Part shown: piece after piece, positions 35,395 to 45,442 of the stretch
How positions within the stretch are numbered: the first letter of the stretch is position 1
Layout: every line of letters begins with the position of its first letter
From: Acholeplasmataceae bacterium
GTDB taxonomy: Bacteria > Bacillota_I > Bacilli_A > Acholeplasmatales > Acholeplasmataceae
Length of the DNA: 59,041 bases
Direction of reading: 5' to 3'
NCBI GenBank assembly: GCA_012837585.1
Contig: DUQW01000017.1
Location: forward strand, 1 to 59,041
Program-made: the position numbers and the translations under genes
The notes under the pieces: model-generated
Database searches by the model: none
What the model was told of the DNA's origin: nothing
Seen by the model: only the letters and a program-made list of their open reading frames with translations

Positions 35395-37455
35395 ATGTAT
35401 ATATTTAAAATATTTCAAATGCTATTAATGGCAGTTACATGGACGAATATAGAAGTAGATGTACCTGTATACAGTTCAATTGATGAATACATTACCATCC
35501 CAGAAGCGACACTTACTGAAAATGGTAATATTGTTATTGATGAAAATATGTATTATGTATATGATGGAGTTGATAATAATTTTCGTTCAGATATTGAGAC
35601 TAATTATCTTGGAAGAATTAGATATATGATTAAAGCGGTTTTTCCTACTTATCATATAGAATCAAAACAAGAAATCATTTTTAATGTAATAGATATTGAT
35701 AACCCGACCATCTTAACCGTACCTACATTTACTATTTTATTAGGAGAGAAGATACCAGATGTAAAAATAGGTCTTGATTATAAGGACAATTTTTATCAAA
35801 AAAATGAGTTAATAGTAAATGTTTTAAGCCTTGATACAGTAAATAATAAAAAGGTAGGAAGGTATCCGATAACTTATCAAGTAATCGATCCGTCTAATAA
35901 TATCGAAACCGCAACTTCCTACATTGAAGTAGTTGATAGAATTCCGCCCAATATTGAAAAATTAAAAGAGGTAATTGTCGAGTTAGGAGAAGAATTTAAC
36001 ATAAGAAACTTTTATAAATTTACTGATGATTCTGGAGAATATATCGACGTTATATTAGATGATACAAATATCAATTACAACAAGGTCGGTATGTATCAAT
36101 TTAACATAGTAGCTAAAGATAAAAGTGGGAATGTGACACAACATTTTGATTTGCTAAAAATAATATATACTAAAAGCCCCGAACTAGTGCTGTTTTCGAA
36201 TGTTTTAGATATTGATGTTAATGATTTGGATTATGAAACAATATTAAAAGAAAACATTAAACATGTAAGCGATAAAGTCGATGTCCTATCAATAGATAAT
36301 GTCTTTATTACGCATTTAATCAATATTAATAAACTGGGTAAGTATCAAGTTGAATATAAAGTAAAAAACTCTTTTAACAAAGAAAAAACCACAATTATTA
36401 ATGTTAATATATTAGACCGAACGAAACCAAATATTGAAGTATTAAGTGATTTAATTATACCCTACGGAATAACTAATTTTATCCCGCAAAACCACTTTAA
36501 AATTACTGATAATTACGATGAGTACTCTGATTTAAATATTAGTTATAATTATAAAATCGACTTTAAAACATTAGGTGATTATTCAATAAGAATTGAGGCA
36601 AGTGATACTTCTAAAAATAAAGCGGTTTTTGAAGGGATTATCAAAGTTTCAGATTTAGAACCTCCAGTCTTTTTAGTAAGTGAAGATGTAATAGAAGTTA
36701 AAGTTTTTACAATATATAATTTTTCCAATATTTTAGTAACCGATAATTATGATAAAAATCCAACCCTTAATATTAATTCTTATGAATTTCGGATAATAGG
36801 CCAAAAAGAAATTACATTAATTGCCTCTGATTCAAGCGGAAATCAAAGCAAAAAAGTTTTAGTATTTAACGTAGTAGATGATGAAGCTCCAATTATTATA
36901 CTTAAAACCAATGAAATAAAATTATCAATGGGTTCCAAAAGAATCAATTATATAGATTATATTGAAGAGGTTTATGATAATTATGATTTTTTGGAAATTA
37001 GTGATGTCAAAATTATCGATACGATTAATTATAATGAGTTAGGAATATATGAGCTAATTTATTATTTAACTGATCAATCTGGCAATGAAGAGTGTAAAAT
37101 TATTGAAGTAAAAATAGATGATACAACAAAACCAATTATTTCATTAAAAGATGAAGTAATACCTTATAAATCTAAGTACAATATCTTAAGCGGCGTCTTG
37201 ATTACCGATAATGATCCGGACTTAAAAATTTATGTCTATCCTAATTATATTGATACTTCAAAGCTTGGAGTTCATCAAATTACATATGTTGCAATTGACT
37301 CAAGAGGCAATATTCAAACCAAAACTCGACTAATTGAAGTTAAAGATAAAAATATTAATATAAAGACATATCTTTATATTGGGATTAATTTAGTAATAAC
37401 TTCTAGTATTACCGGATTTAGTTATCTTTATTTTGAAAAGAAAAAAAGAAAATAG
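35395..37455 (+). CDS. surface protein with 8 tandem Ig-like (DUF5011-like) modules and a C-terminal TM anchor
   Basis: Start preferred at ATG 35395 (GGAGGGG 6 nt upstream); the in-frame ATG at 35380 has no SD. The ~79-aa modules each begin D-x-x-x-P-x-I and contain LG.Y.I.Y...D.SGN. The C-terminus is a hydrophobic helix followed by KKKRK. Confidence 0.8.
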   Translation: MYIFKIFQMLLMAVTWTNIEVDVPVYSSIDEYITIPEATLTENGNIVIDENMYYVYDGVDNNFRSDIETNYLGRIRYMIKAVFPTYHIESKQEIIFNVIDIDNPTILTVPTFTILLGEKIPDVKIGLDYKDNFYQKNELIVNVLSLDTVNNKKVGRYPITYQVIDPSNNIETATSYIEVVDRIPPNIEKLKEVIVELGEEFNIRNFYKFTDDSGEYIDVILDDTNINYNKVGMYQFNIVAKDKSGNVTQHFDLLKIIYTKSPELVLFSNVLDIDVNDLDYETILKENIKHVSDKVDVLSIDNVFITHLININKLGKYQVEYKVKNSFNKEKTTIINVNILDRTKPNIEVLSDLIIPYGITNFIPQNHFKITDNYDEYSDLNISYNYKIDFKTLGDYSIRIEASDTSKNKAVFEGIIKVSDLEPPVFLVSEDVIEVKVFTIYNFSNILVTDNYDKNPTLNINSYEFRIIGQKEITLIASDSSGNQSKKVLVFNVVDDEAPIIILKTNEIKLSMGSKRINYIDYIEEVYDNYDFLEISDVKIIDTINYNELGIYELIYYLTDQSGNEECKIIEVKIDDTTKPIISLKDEVIPYKSKYNILSGVLITDNDPDLKIYVYPNYIDTSKLGVHQITYVAIDSRGNIQTKTRLIEVKDKNINIKTYLYIGINLVITSSITGFSYLYFEKKKRK
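35452..37347 (+). repeat. eight divergent tandem ~79-codon coding repeats (protein-level repeats, not identical DNA)
   Basis: Module boundaries near ORF-track aa 25, 105, 185, 264, 345, 424, 499, 579 and 656. Recurrent motifs: IDNPTI, DRIPPNI, TKSPELV, DRTKPNI, DLEPPVF, DDEAPII, DDTTKPI. Confidence 0.75.
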
Positions 37456-37531
37456 TTGTTTCTATGGACTTTAATTAGTAAATTGGTTATAATAATATTG
37501 ATATTTATAATATGAAAGGGAGATTTTAAAT

Positions 37532-37963
37532 ATGTCAAAAGTATTAGTTGTTTACTGGAGTGGTACAGGAAATACCGAAATCATGGCAGAAAAAATTGCT
37601 GAAGGTTTAGAAAACGCAGGTGCTGAAGCAGACGTTAGAAACGTTTTTGATGTTGATCCAAGTGAAGTTGCAGGTTTTGATAAAATTGCATTCGGTTGTC
37701 CATCAATGGCTGATGAAAAATTAGAAGAAGATGAGTTTGCACCTTTCTTTGATGACGTTGAAGATTCATTATCAGGTAAAAAAGTACTTTTATTCGGTTC
37801 ATACGGATGGGGTAACGGCGAATGGATGGAAGACTGGGTAGAAAGAACAGAAGACGCTGGAGCTGACGTTTTCAAAGGCGAAGGCTTAATCTTAAATTAT
37901 ACTCCAGATGCAGACGGCGAAGATCTTTGCGTTGAATGGGGCGAAGGTTTCGCAGAGTTTTAA
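37532..37963 (+). CDS. fld: short-chain flavodoxin
   Basis: 143 aa. FMN-phosphate loop VVYWSGTGNTE, very acidic. Monocistronic, with its own SD aagggag and terminator. Confidence 0.92.
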   Translation: MSKVLVVYWSGTGNTEIMAEKIAEGLENAGAEADVRNVFDVDPSEVAGFDKIAFGCPSMADEKLEEDEFAPFFDDVEDSLSGKKVLLFGSYGWGNGEWMEDWVERTEDAGADVFKGEGLILNYTPDADGEDLCVEWGEGFAEF

Positions 37964-37983
37964 TAAATTATTTTATAATTTTT

Positions 37984-38011
37984 AAAGGTCGAATTAAATC
38001 GACCTTTTTTT
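37984..38011 (+). terminator. rho-independent terminator after flavodoxin
   Basis: aaaggtcga / attaaa / tcgaccttt followed by T7. Confidence 0.8.
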
Positions 38012-38056
38012 CTAAAAAAATAGTAATTTACATGGTATACTAAAATTGGTGATTAT

Positions 38057-41029
38057 ATGTTTGGTGTTTTTTATCTTCAAAGTGAATATAGTCTATTAAA
38101 TAACTTAATTCCGGTTTCAAAGCTAGTAAGTTTAGCTAAAGAAAAAGGATATGATTTTGTTACATTAGCTGATAATAATAACTTATACGGAATGTATGAG
38201 TTTTTTAAGGAAGCAAAAAAATACAACATTAAACCAATAATCGGTATGAAAATTGATGTTAATTTTGAAGTATATAAAACTGGCTTTTTAATTTATGTTA
38301 AAAATGATCAAGGTTACTCTAATTTACTTAAAATTTCATCAATCATTAATTTGGAATCAAGAGATATTGATTATGATGAATTAGTTAAGTACCAAGAAGG
38401 ATTAATTATTATTACTTCAGGATTGGATTCAATTATTGACAGGCGCATTTCTAATCATGATTTAGAAGAAGCGCACCGAATTTTACAAAGATTTAAAAAA
38501 GACATTAAAGATATCAATATCGGGTTACTTCTTTCTAACTTTAACCACGAGATTATGGTTGCGCCTACTTTAGTTAGAATGGCTTTAGAATCGGAAGTTA
38601 CCATTCTTCCAATTCAAAAAACATCTTATGTTGAAGAAAGCGATAAAGTACATTATGAAACGTTGAAAAAGATATCGGGATTAACTAATGAAGTTGATGA
38701 AGGTGATTTAAGTTTTCTTAATAAAGAAGAACTAAATTATCGTTTTTCTGATTATCCTTTTATCTTCAAAAATGCGAGTTTAATAGCTGAAAATGTCACA
38801 TACGAATTTAAACTTCCAAAGTTGAAATTACCTAAAATTGACACTAAGGGGATGTCTTCAGATAAATATTTAGAAAAACTAGCTTACGCCGGTTTAGGAT
38901 CAAGACTTTCAAAAGGATGCGATAAACCAAAACAAGTTTATCTAGATAGACTAAAATATGAGCTTGATGTTATTAATAAATTAAATTATCCTGATTACTT
39001 TTTAATTATCCAAGATTTTGTAAGATATGCAAAAAATAAAGGGATTTTAGTTGGTCCTGGTCGTGGATCCGGTGCTAGTAGTTTAGTTGCTTATTCACTT
39101 AATATTACGGAAGTAGATCCAATAAAATATAATTTATTATTTGAACGTTTCTTAAATCCGGCAAGACTAAGTATGCCGGATATAGACCTAGATTTTCCTG
39201 ATGATAGAAGAGATGAAGTAATTGAATACGTAAGAGGAAAATATGGTAATGAACATATTGCCTCTATTATCACATTTGATACTTTCCAGTCAAATTCATC
39301 AATTCGTGATATTGCCAGAACTAAAAACTTTAATGTCGGAGAAACTAATCAATTAATTGAAGGTTTGAAAAGAGGAACTTTAAACTTTAAAGATCCTGTG
39401 ATTAAAGAAATTATCGATACTTCAAATATGATTATCAATTTACCAAGACATACAGGAACTCACCCTGCAGGGATTATTTTATCAAGTGAAAATTTATCGG
39501 AAATTATTCCGCTACAAAATGGTCCGCAATCATTTCCGCAAACTCAGTGGAATATGAATCATTTAGAAGAGCTAGGCTTTTTAAAAATTGACTTTTTAGG
39601 CATTAAAAACTTAACTATCATAGATGATACAGTTAAGTTAATCCAAAAAAAGAACCCTAATTTTAAATTAGAAGAAATAGGACTAGATTGTCCAAAAACA
39701 TATGAACTCTTACAAAAGGGAGATACTAACGGAGTATTTCAACTTGAACAACCAGGGATGCAACAAACCTTAAGATTAATCTCTCCAACTAAGTTTGAAG
39801 ATATTGTTGCAACGCTCGCTTTATATCGACCTGGCCCAATGGCAAATATTCCAACTTATGCTGAGAGATTAAAAGGAAAACCATATGATAAAGTAAATCC
39901 AATTTTAGATGAAATATTAGATCCAACATATGGTGTAATTGTCTATCAGGAACAAATTATGCAAATCGCTAATAAGTTTGCTGGATACTCATATGCTGAA
40001 GCTGATTTATTAAGAAGAAGTATTTCTAAAAAGGATTTTAAAACTTTAAAAGAAGATGAAGTTCACTTTATCGAGTCAGCCACTAAATTAGGACGTAGCG
40101 AAGAATTAAGTAAAGAAATATATGATTATATCGTTAAGTTTGCTGATTACGGATTTAACCGTGCTCATAGTGTTTCTTATGCTACTGTTACCTATCAAAT
40201 GGCTTACTTAAAGGCTAATCACTTTCAAGAATTTGCCGCCGTATTACTTTCTAATAACATTGGAAATGAAAATTTAACGAAAAAATACTTAGATGAATTA
40301 CTAGCTAACGGTTATGAATTATTACCACCAAAAATTAATATTGCTACTAATCAATACCAAATTTTTGGTAATGCGGTAATGTTACCATTAACATTAGTTA
40401 AATCTATTGGTAGGGAGACAGTTAGAAAATTTCTAGAAGCACGAGGCGAGGAAGAATTTAAAGATTATAATGATTTTCTATTAAGGACTCAAGGGGTTTT
40501 TGGAGATAAAAATATTGAAAACTTAATTTACGCTAGTAGTTTAGATGATTTTGGTTTAAATAAGAAAACTCTAAAAGCGAATCAAAGTCGCGACAATTTA
40601 ATTTATGCAGCATATCTATCTAGTGTCATTACTCAAAAATTCGAAAAAGAATACACAATCGATGAGTTAATGAGTCTTGAAAGACACGCTTATGGATTTA
40701 ATATTTTCTATAATGAGTATAGTGATTTAATTAATTTGAGAAAGAAACATAATTTAGAATCATTATTTGAATCAGTTAAACAACAAGAATTTGTTGTAAT
40801 TGCTAAAGTTACTAATATTAAAGAAATTACGACCAAAACTAATCAAAAGATGGCTTTTGTTGAAATTCAAGATGAAACTATAAAAATAGATGTAACGGTA
40901 TTTACTAAACTATATCAATCATTTTTAGAAATTAAAGATTCAAATGTGTTTGCATTTAAGATTAAAAAAAATAAATACCAAAACCGCGATACTTTTGTAG
41001 CAGAAGAAATTAAGGCGTTTGATATATAA
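38057..41029 (+). CDS. dnaE: DNA polymerase III alpha subunit (DnaE type)
   Basis: 990 aa. PHP-domain N-terminus (YLQSEYSLL), PDIDLDF, GFLKIDFLG, YRPGPM, YGFNRAHS motifs. Confidence 0.95.
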   Translation: MFGVFYLQSEYSLLNNLIPVSKLVSLAKEKGYDFVTLADNNNLYGMYEFFKEAKKYNIKPIIGMKIDVNFEVYKTGFLIYVKNDQGYSNLLKISSIINLESRDIDYDELVKYQEGLIIITSGLDSIIDRRISNHDLEEAHRILQRFKKDIKDINIGLLLSNFNHEIMVAPTLVRMALESEVTILPIQKTSYVEESDKVHYETLKKISGLTNEVDEGDLSFLNKEELNYRFSDYPFIFKNASLIAENVTYEFKLPKLKLPKIDTKGMSSDKYLEKLAYAGLGSRLSKGCDKPKQVYLDRLKYELDVINKLNYPDYFLIIQDFVRYAKNKGILVGPGRGSGASSLVAYSLNITEVDPIKYNLLFERFLNPARLSMPDIDLDFPDDRRDEVIEYVRGKYGNEHIASIITFDTFQSNSSIRDIARTKNFNVGETNQLIEGLKRGTLNFKDPVIKEIIDTSNMIINLPRHTGTHPAGIILSSENLSEIIPLQNGPQSFPQTQWNMNHLEELGFLKIDFLGIKNLTIIDDTVKLIQKKNPNFKLEEIGLDCPKTYELLQKGDTNGVFQLEQPGMQQTLRLISPTKFEDIVATLALYRPGPMANIPTYAERLKGKPYDKVNPILDEILDPTYGVIVYQEQIMQIANKFAGYSYAEADLLRRSISKKDFKTLKEDEVHFIESATKLGRSEELSKEIYDYIVKFADYGFNRAHSVSYATVTYQMAYLKANHFQEFAAVLLSNNIGNENLTKKYLDELLANGYELLPPKINIATNQYQIFGNAVMLPLTLVKSIGRETVRKFLEARGEEEFKDYNDFLLRTQGVFGDKNIENLIYASSLDDFGLNKKTLKANQSRDNLIYAAYLSSVITQKFEKEYTIDELMSLERHAYGFNIFYNEYSDLINLRKKHNLESLFESVKQQEFVVIAKVTNIKEITTKTNQKMAFVEIQDETIKIDVTVFTKLYQSFLEIKDSNVFAFKIKKNKYQNRDTFVAEEIKAFDI

Positions 41030-41038
41030 TTGAAAATA

Positions 41039-41069
41039 AAAAGAGGCTTGATTTAATTCAAGCCTCTTT
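41039..41069. terminator. bidirectional terminator between dnaE and convergent pfp
   Basis: aaagaggcttga / tttaa / ttcaagcctcttt with flanking A and T runs. Confidence 0.85.
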
Positions 41070-41088
41070 ATTATTTATTTTTGGTGTA

Positions 41089-42336
41089 TTATTTTTTAGG
41101 GACTCTTACTTTTTTAAGTTTAGCAAATCCTGGAAGTCCATCAACAAGTGGAGCTTTATCTTCACCTTGGATTAATGGTAAGCAGTATTCAACGAATTCT
41201 TTAGTTAATCCAGTGTTATCATCTTTAATCCATTTTAATGGGACTTTAGTTTCAGTGTTTGCAGTAACTGAAAGTGGAACGTTAACATATTTCATCTTAT
41301 AAGGATTAGATGAAATTCGTTTAAATCCGATCATTACATCAGATGTTCCTTTTAATGCTTCTCTAACACCTTTAACACCGGCGTGGAAAGCTTCTCTAAC
41401 GTCAACTTTACTTGCTAAGTGAGCGGCACATCTTTGCATTAATGAAAATTCGATTGCTCTAACTTTAACGTTTAATTTTTCTTTAACTTGATCAGCTAAA
41501 ATTGTTGCAGTACCACCTAATTGTGCATGCCCAAATGAGTCTTTTGATAATGTACTGAAGTGTTCTGGAATGTATTTTCCATCTGCGTCTTGTACACCTT
41601 CACTAATAGCAACAATAACCTTACCTTTTTCTTTTAAAATTCTTTCAACATCTGAAAAGAATCTATCATAATCAAATACTTTTTCTGGTAAGTAAACTAA
41701 ATCTGGTCCTTGACCTTTTTCAATTGCTAATTGAGCAGCTGCAGTTAACCAACCAGCGTTACGTCCCATAATTTCAACGATTGTAACTTGTTGTGTATCA
41801 TAAACAGTTGCGTCATGATATAACTCCATTAATGTAGTTGCTACATATTTTGCAGCACTTGCAAATCCTGGAGAGTGATCAGTTCCCGCTAAATCGTTAT
41901 CAACTGTTTTAGGAATACCGATTACTGTACAATCCCATCCTGAGTCTTTCATGAACTCACTAATTTTATGTGCAGTATCCATTGAGTCATTTCCGCCATT
42001 ATAGAAGAAATAACGAATGTTATACTTTTTAAAAACTTCAACTAATCTTTTATAATCAGTATCATCTACTTTTGGATCAGCTAATTTATATCTAACGCTA
42101 CCAATTGATGATGATGGAGTATTTTTAAGAAGTTCTAATTCTTTTGGATCTTCTTTAGTAATATCATAAAATTCTTCATTTAAAATTCCTTTAATACCGT
42201 GTACAGCTCCGTATACACCAGTAATACGATCTGGATGCTTTAATGCTTCTAAGAAAACACCAGCAGCACTAGCGTTAATAACGCTTGTTGGTCCTCCAGA
42301 TTGACCTAATAATACAACACCTTTTAATTTATTCAT
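41089..42336 (-). CDS. pfp: 6-phosphofructokinase paralog with PPi-type determinants (pyrophosphate--fructose-6-phosphate 1-phosphotransferase, predicted)
   Basis: Start at ATG 42336 (SD gaaaggg); the track's TTG 42345 is an alternative. GQSGGPTSVINAS, GGNDS, IPKTVDNDL (Lys at the position equivalent to E. coli PfkA Gly124), MGRNAGWL. Confidence 0.8.
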   Translation of the reverse strand: MNKLKGVVLLGQSGGPTSVINASAAGVFLEALKHPDRITGVYGAVHGIKGILNEEFYDITKEDPKELELLKNTPSSSIGSVRYKLADPKVDDTDYKRLVEVFKKYNIRYFFYNGGNDSMDTAHKISEFMKDSGWDCTVIGIPKTVDNDLAGTDHSPGFASAAKYVATTLMELYHDATVYDTQQVTIVEIMGRNAGWLTAAAQLAIEKGQGPDLVYLPEKVFDYDRFFSDVERILKEKGKVIVAISEGVQDADGKYIPEHFSTLSKDSFGHAQLGGTATILADQVKEKLNVKVRAIEFSLMQRCAAHLASKVDVREAFHAGVKGVREALKGTSDVMIGFKRISSNPYKMKYVNVPLSVTANTETKVPLKWIKDDNTGLTKEFVEYCLPLIQGEDKAPLVDGLPGFAKLKKVRVPKK

Positions 42337-42358
42337 AATTATCAACCCTTTCTGTTAT

Positions 42359-42389
42359 ATTTTATCACACTATTTTAATATGGTATACT
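42359..42389. promoter_or_regulatory. divergent extended -10 promoters for pfp (minus) and pfkA (plus)
   Basis: Minus strand TGaTAAAAT (42367 to 42359). Plus strand TGgTATACT (42381-42389). The 8-bp inverted repeat tatactat-tt-atagtata (42384-42401) overlaps the pfkA -10. Confidence 0.45.
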
Positions 42390-42428
42390 ATTTATAGTAT
42401 AAGAAATCATAAAAAGAGGTGAATTCTA

Positions 42429-43379
42429 ATGAAGTTTGGCGTTTTAACATCAGGGGGCGACGCTCCTGGAATGAATGCGGCGTTAAGGGCGGTAGTAAGA
42501 ACTGCACTACACTATGGTCATCATATTTACGGAATTAAAAATGGTTATCAAGGATTAATTGAAAACGACATGGTTTTATTATTACGTGAAGATGTTTCGG
42601 GAATGCTTACTAAAGGCGGTACTTTTTTAGGTACAGCTAGATCAAAAGACTTTACTAAAGTTGATGTAAGAGAGTTAGCGATTAGAAACTTACAAAAAAG
42701 AAATATTGACGCATTAATTGTAATTGGTGGTGACGGTACATTTAGAGGAGCCCAAGCTTTAATTGAAATGGGTGTTAACGTTATTGCAATTCCGGCTACT
42801 ATCGATAATGATTTAGGTGGAACAGATTATACCATTGGATTTCACACAGCACTTAATACAATTGTTGAAGCTATTGACAAATTAAGAGATACTTCAAGTT
42901 CGCATCAAAGATGTTCAATTATCGAAACAATGGGACGTGAAGGTGGAGATTTAGCAATTTACGCTGGTATATGTGGTGGTGCTGAATTTATTATTACTAA
43001 AGAGCACTCAGTTGATAAAGATAAAATGATCCAAACACTAGCCGAGTGGAAAAAAGAAGGAAGAAGACAAGCAATTATTGTCGCAACCGAAAATATCTTT
43101 AATGTTCATGAATTAGCCGAAGAAATTACTGAAAAATCAGGATTTGCCACTCGTGCTACAGTTTTAGGTTATATTCAAAGAGGTGGCGCACCAGTGGCAC
43201 AAGATCGAGTTTTAGCTACTCAACTAGGTGTTTACGCTATTGAATTAGCAATGGCAGGCATTTACGGAGTCGGCGTTGGAGTCCGACAAGAAAATTTAGT
43301 TAACGCTAAAATTTCGGATATCCTAAATGAAGTGGATGACCGAAGCCCTTTATATGAATTAATCGATAAAGTATCATAA
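42429..43379 (+). CDS. pfkA: ATP-dependent 6-phosphofructokinase
   Basis: 316 aa. [39 protein letters not shown]. Confidence 0.92.
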   Translation: MKFGVLTSGGDAPGMNAALRAVVRTALHYGHHIYGIKNGYQGLIENDMVLLLREDVSGMLTKGGTFLGTARSKDFTKVDVRELAIRNLQKRNIDALIVIGGDGTFRGAQALIEMGVNVIAIPATIDNDLGGTDYTIGFHTALNTIVEAIDKLRDTSSSHQRCSIIETMGREGGDLAIYAGICGGAEFIITKEHSVDKDKMIQTLAEWKKEGRRQAIIVATENIFNVHELAEEITEKSGFATRATVLGYIQRGGAPVAQDRVLATQLGVYAIELAMAGIYGVGVGVRQENLVNAKISDILNEVDDRSPLYELIDKVS

Positions 43380-43380
43380 T

Positions 43381-45345
43381 ATGTCTAACAAAATATTTAC
43401 ACTAGTTGCACCTTATGAACCAAAAGGGGATCAAATCAGTGCGATTGAAAAAATAAAGGAAAACTTCGATAACGGAGTAAAAGAACAAATCTTACTAGGA
43501 GCCACCGGCACTGGTAAGACTTTTACTATTGCCAATATTATTCAAAGTTTAGGTAAAAAAACTTTAATTATGGCCCCTAATAAAACTTTAGCTGGCCAAT
43601 TATTTGGCGAGCTAAAATCATTTTTCCCGAAAAACAGAGTTGAATATTTTATTTCTTACTATGATTACTACCAACCAGAAGCATACGTTGTTGGAAGTGA
43701 TACTTATATTGAAAAAGATGCAGCAATTAATGATGAAATTGATGAATTAAGACACTCAGCAACTTCATCACTTATTTCAAACGATGACGTTATCGTTGTT
43801 GCCTCAGTTTCATGTATTTATGGGATTGGGGATATAGATGAATATAAAAATTCAGTAATATTTTTAAGAAAAGGCGAAGAACTAGGCCGTTCTCATTTAT
43901 TAAATAAATTAGTTGATCTTTCTTACGAAAGAAGTGATATTGATTTTAAAAGAGGTACATTTAGAGTAAGAGGCGACGTGGTTGATATTGTTCCAATAAA
44001 TGAACGCTCAAGTGGAATTAGAGTTTCATTTTTTGGTGATGAAATTGATGAAATTAGAGAATTTGATATTGTTACTGGAGCAACTTTAGAAGAAGTTGCT
44101 TTTGTAACAATCCCACCAGCAACTCACTTCGTAACGAGTCCAGAAAAATTAAAAATCGCTCTTGAAAGAATTAGAGCGGAATTAGATGAAAGAATTAAGT
44201 ATTTTAATGATAATAATATGCTTCTTGAAGCTCAAAGAATTAAAATGCGTACCCAATATGACTTAGAACTACTTGAAGAGTTAGGTTTTTGTAGTGGTGT
44301 TGAAAACTATTCTCGCCATTTAGCATTAAAGGAAGAAGGCGAAACCCCTAATACTTTAATTGATTTTTTTGGCGATGATTTTTTAATGATTATTGATGAA
44401 TCGCATGTTGCGATTCCTCAAATTAGAGGGATGTTTAATGGAGATAGATCAAGAAAAATGACACTTGTTGAACATGGATTTCGACTTCCAAGTGCACTTG
44501 ATAATAGGCCATTAAGATTTAAAGAGTTTGAAAAGAAAGTTGATAAAGTATTATACTTATCGGCTACACCAGGCGATTATGAACTAAATAAGGGGATTCC
44601 GGTTGTTGAACAAATTATTCGTCCAACATACTTAGTAGACCCATTAATTGAAGTAAGACCGACACTAGGTCAGATTGATGATTTATATAATGAAATTAAA
44701 AAACGAATCTTAAAAGATGAAAGAGTACTTGTTACTACTTTAACAATTAAAATGAGTGAAGATTTAACTACTTATTTTAAAGAACGAGGTTTAAAAGTAG
44801 CTTATTTACATAGTAAGATTAAACCACTAGAAAGAATTATCATTTTAAGAGATTTAAGATTAGGTAAATATGATGTTTTAGTAGGGATTAACTTATTAAG
44901 AGAAGGATTAGACTTACCAGAAGTTTCTCTTGTTGCAATCTTAGATGCTGATAAACAAGGTTTTTTAAGATCTACTAGATCGTTAATTCAAACTACAGGT
45001 AGAGCCGCAAGAAACGTTAATGGTAAAGTTATTATGTATGCTGATGAAATATCAGCCTCAATGGAAGAAACGATTAATGAAACTAATCGCCGCCGTAAGA
45101 TCCAACAAGACTTTAACTTGAAACATAATTTAGTACCAGAAACAGTATATAAAGAAATTAGAGATAAGATTGGATTAAACCAAGTCTTACAAGAAACTAA
45201 AGAATACGACAAGATGTCTCGCAAAGAAATTGATAAAGAAGTATCTATTTTAGAAACGAGAATGAGGGAAGCTGCAAAGAATTTAGAATTCGAATTAGCC
45301 GCAGAAATTAGAGATTTAATTTACGAATTAAAAGCTTCAAGGTAA
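43381..45345 (+). CDS. uvrB: excinuclease ABC subunit B
   Basis: 654 aa. [13 protein letters not shown], beta-hairpin region [10 protein letters not shown] and C-terminal UVR domain ([11 protein letters not shown]). Confidence 0.96.
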   Translation: MSNKIFTLVAPYEPKGDQISAIEKIKENFDNGVKEQILLGATGTGKTFTIANIIQSLGKKTLIMAPNKTLAGQLFGELKSFFPKNRVEYFISYYDYYQPEAYVVGSDTYIEKDAAINDEIDELRHSATSSLISNDDVIVVASVSCIYGIGDIDEYKNSVIFLRKGEELGRSHLLNKLVDLSYERSDIDFKRGTFRVRGDVVDIVPINERSSGIRVSFFGDEIDEIREFDIVTGATLEEVAFVTIPPATHFVTSPEKLKIALERIRAELDERIKYFNDNNMLLEAQRIKMRTQYDLELLEELGFCSGVENYSRHLALKEEGETPNTLIDFFGDDFLMIIDESHVAIPQIRGMFNGDRSRKMTLVEHGFRLPSALDNRPLRFKEFEKKVDKVLYLSATPGDYELNKGIPVVEQIIRPTYLVDPLIEVRPTLGQIDDLYNEIKKRILKDERVLVTTLTIKMSEDLTTYFKERGLKVAYLHSKIKPLERIIILRDLRLGKYDVLVGINLLREGLDLPEVSLVAILDADKQGFLRSTRSLIQTTGRAARNVNGKVIMYADEISASMEETINETNRRRKIQQDFNLKHNLVPETVYKEIRDKIGLNQVLQETKEYDKMSRKEIDKEVSILETRMREAAKNLEFELAAEIRDLIYELKASR

Positions 45346-45442
45346 TTTGACATATTTACACCATTGTTTATAAAAAGTATAAATTACTTGAAGAAAATAA
45401 CGTTCCATGTTATGTTATAAATGCAACAAGGAGGACTTTAAA

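Noticed and set aside
37532-37963. Flavodoxin as a horizontally acquired gene, because it looks more GC-rich than its neighbours.
   Set aside because: The shift is explained by its Ala/Gly/Asp/Glu-rich composition and probable high-expression codon usage. No mobility genes or repeats flank it.
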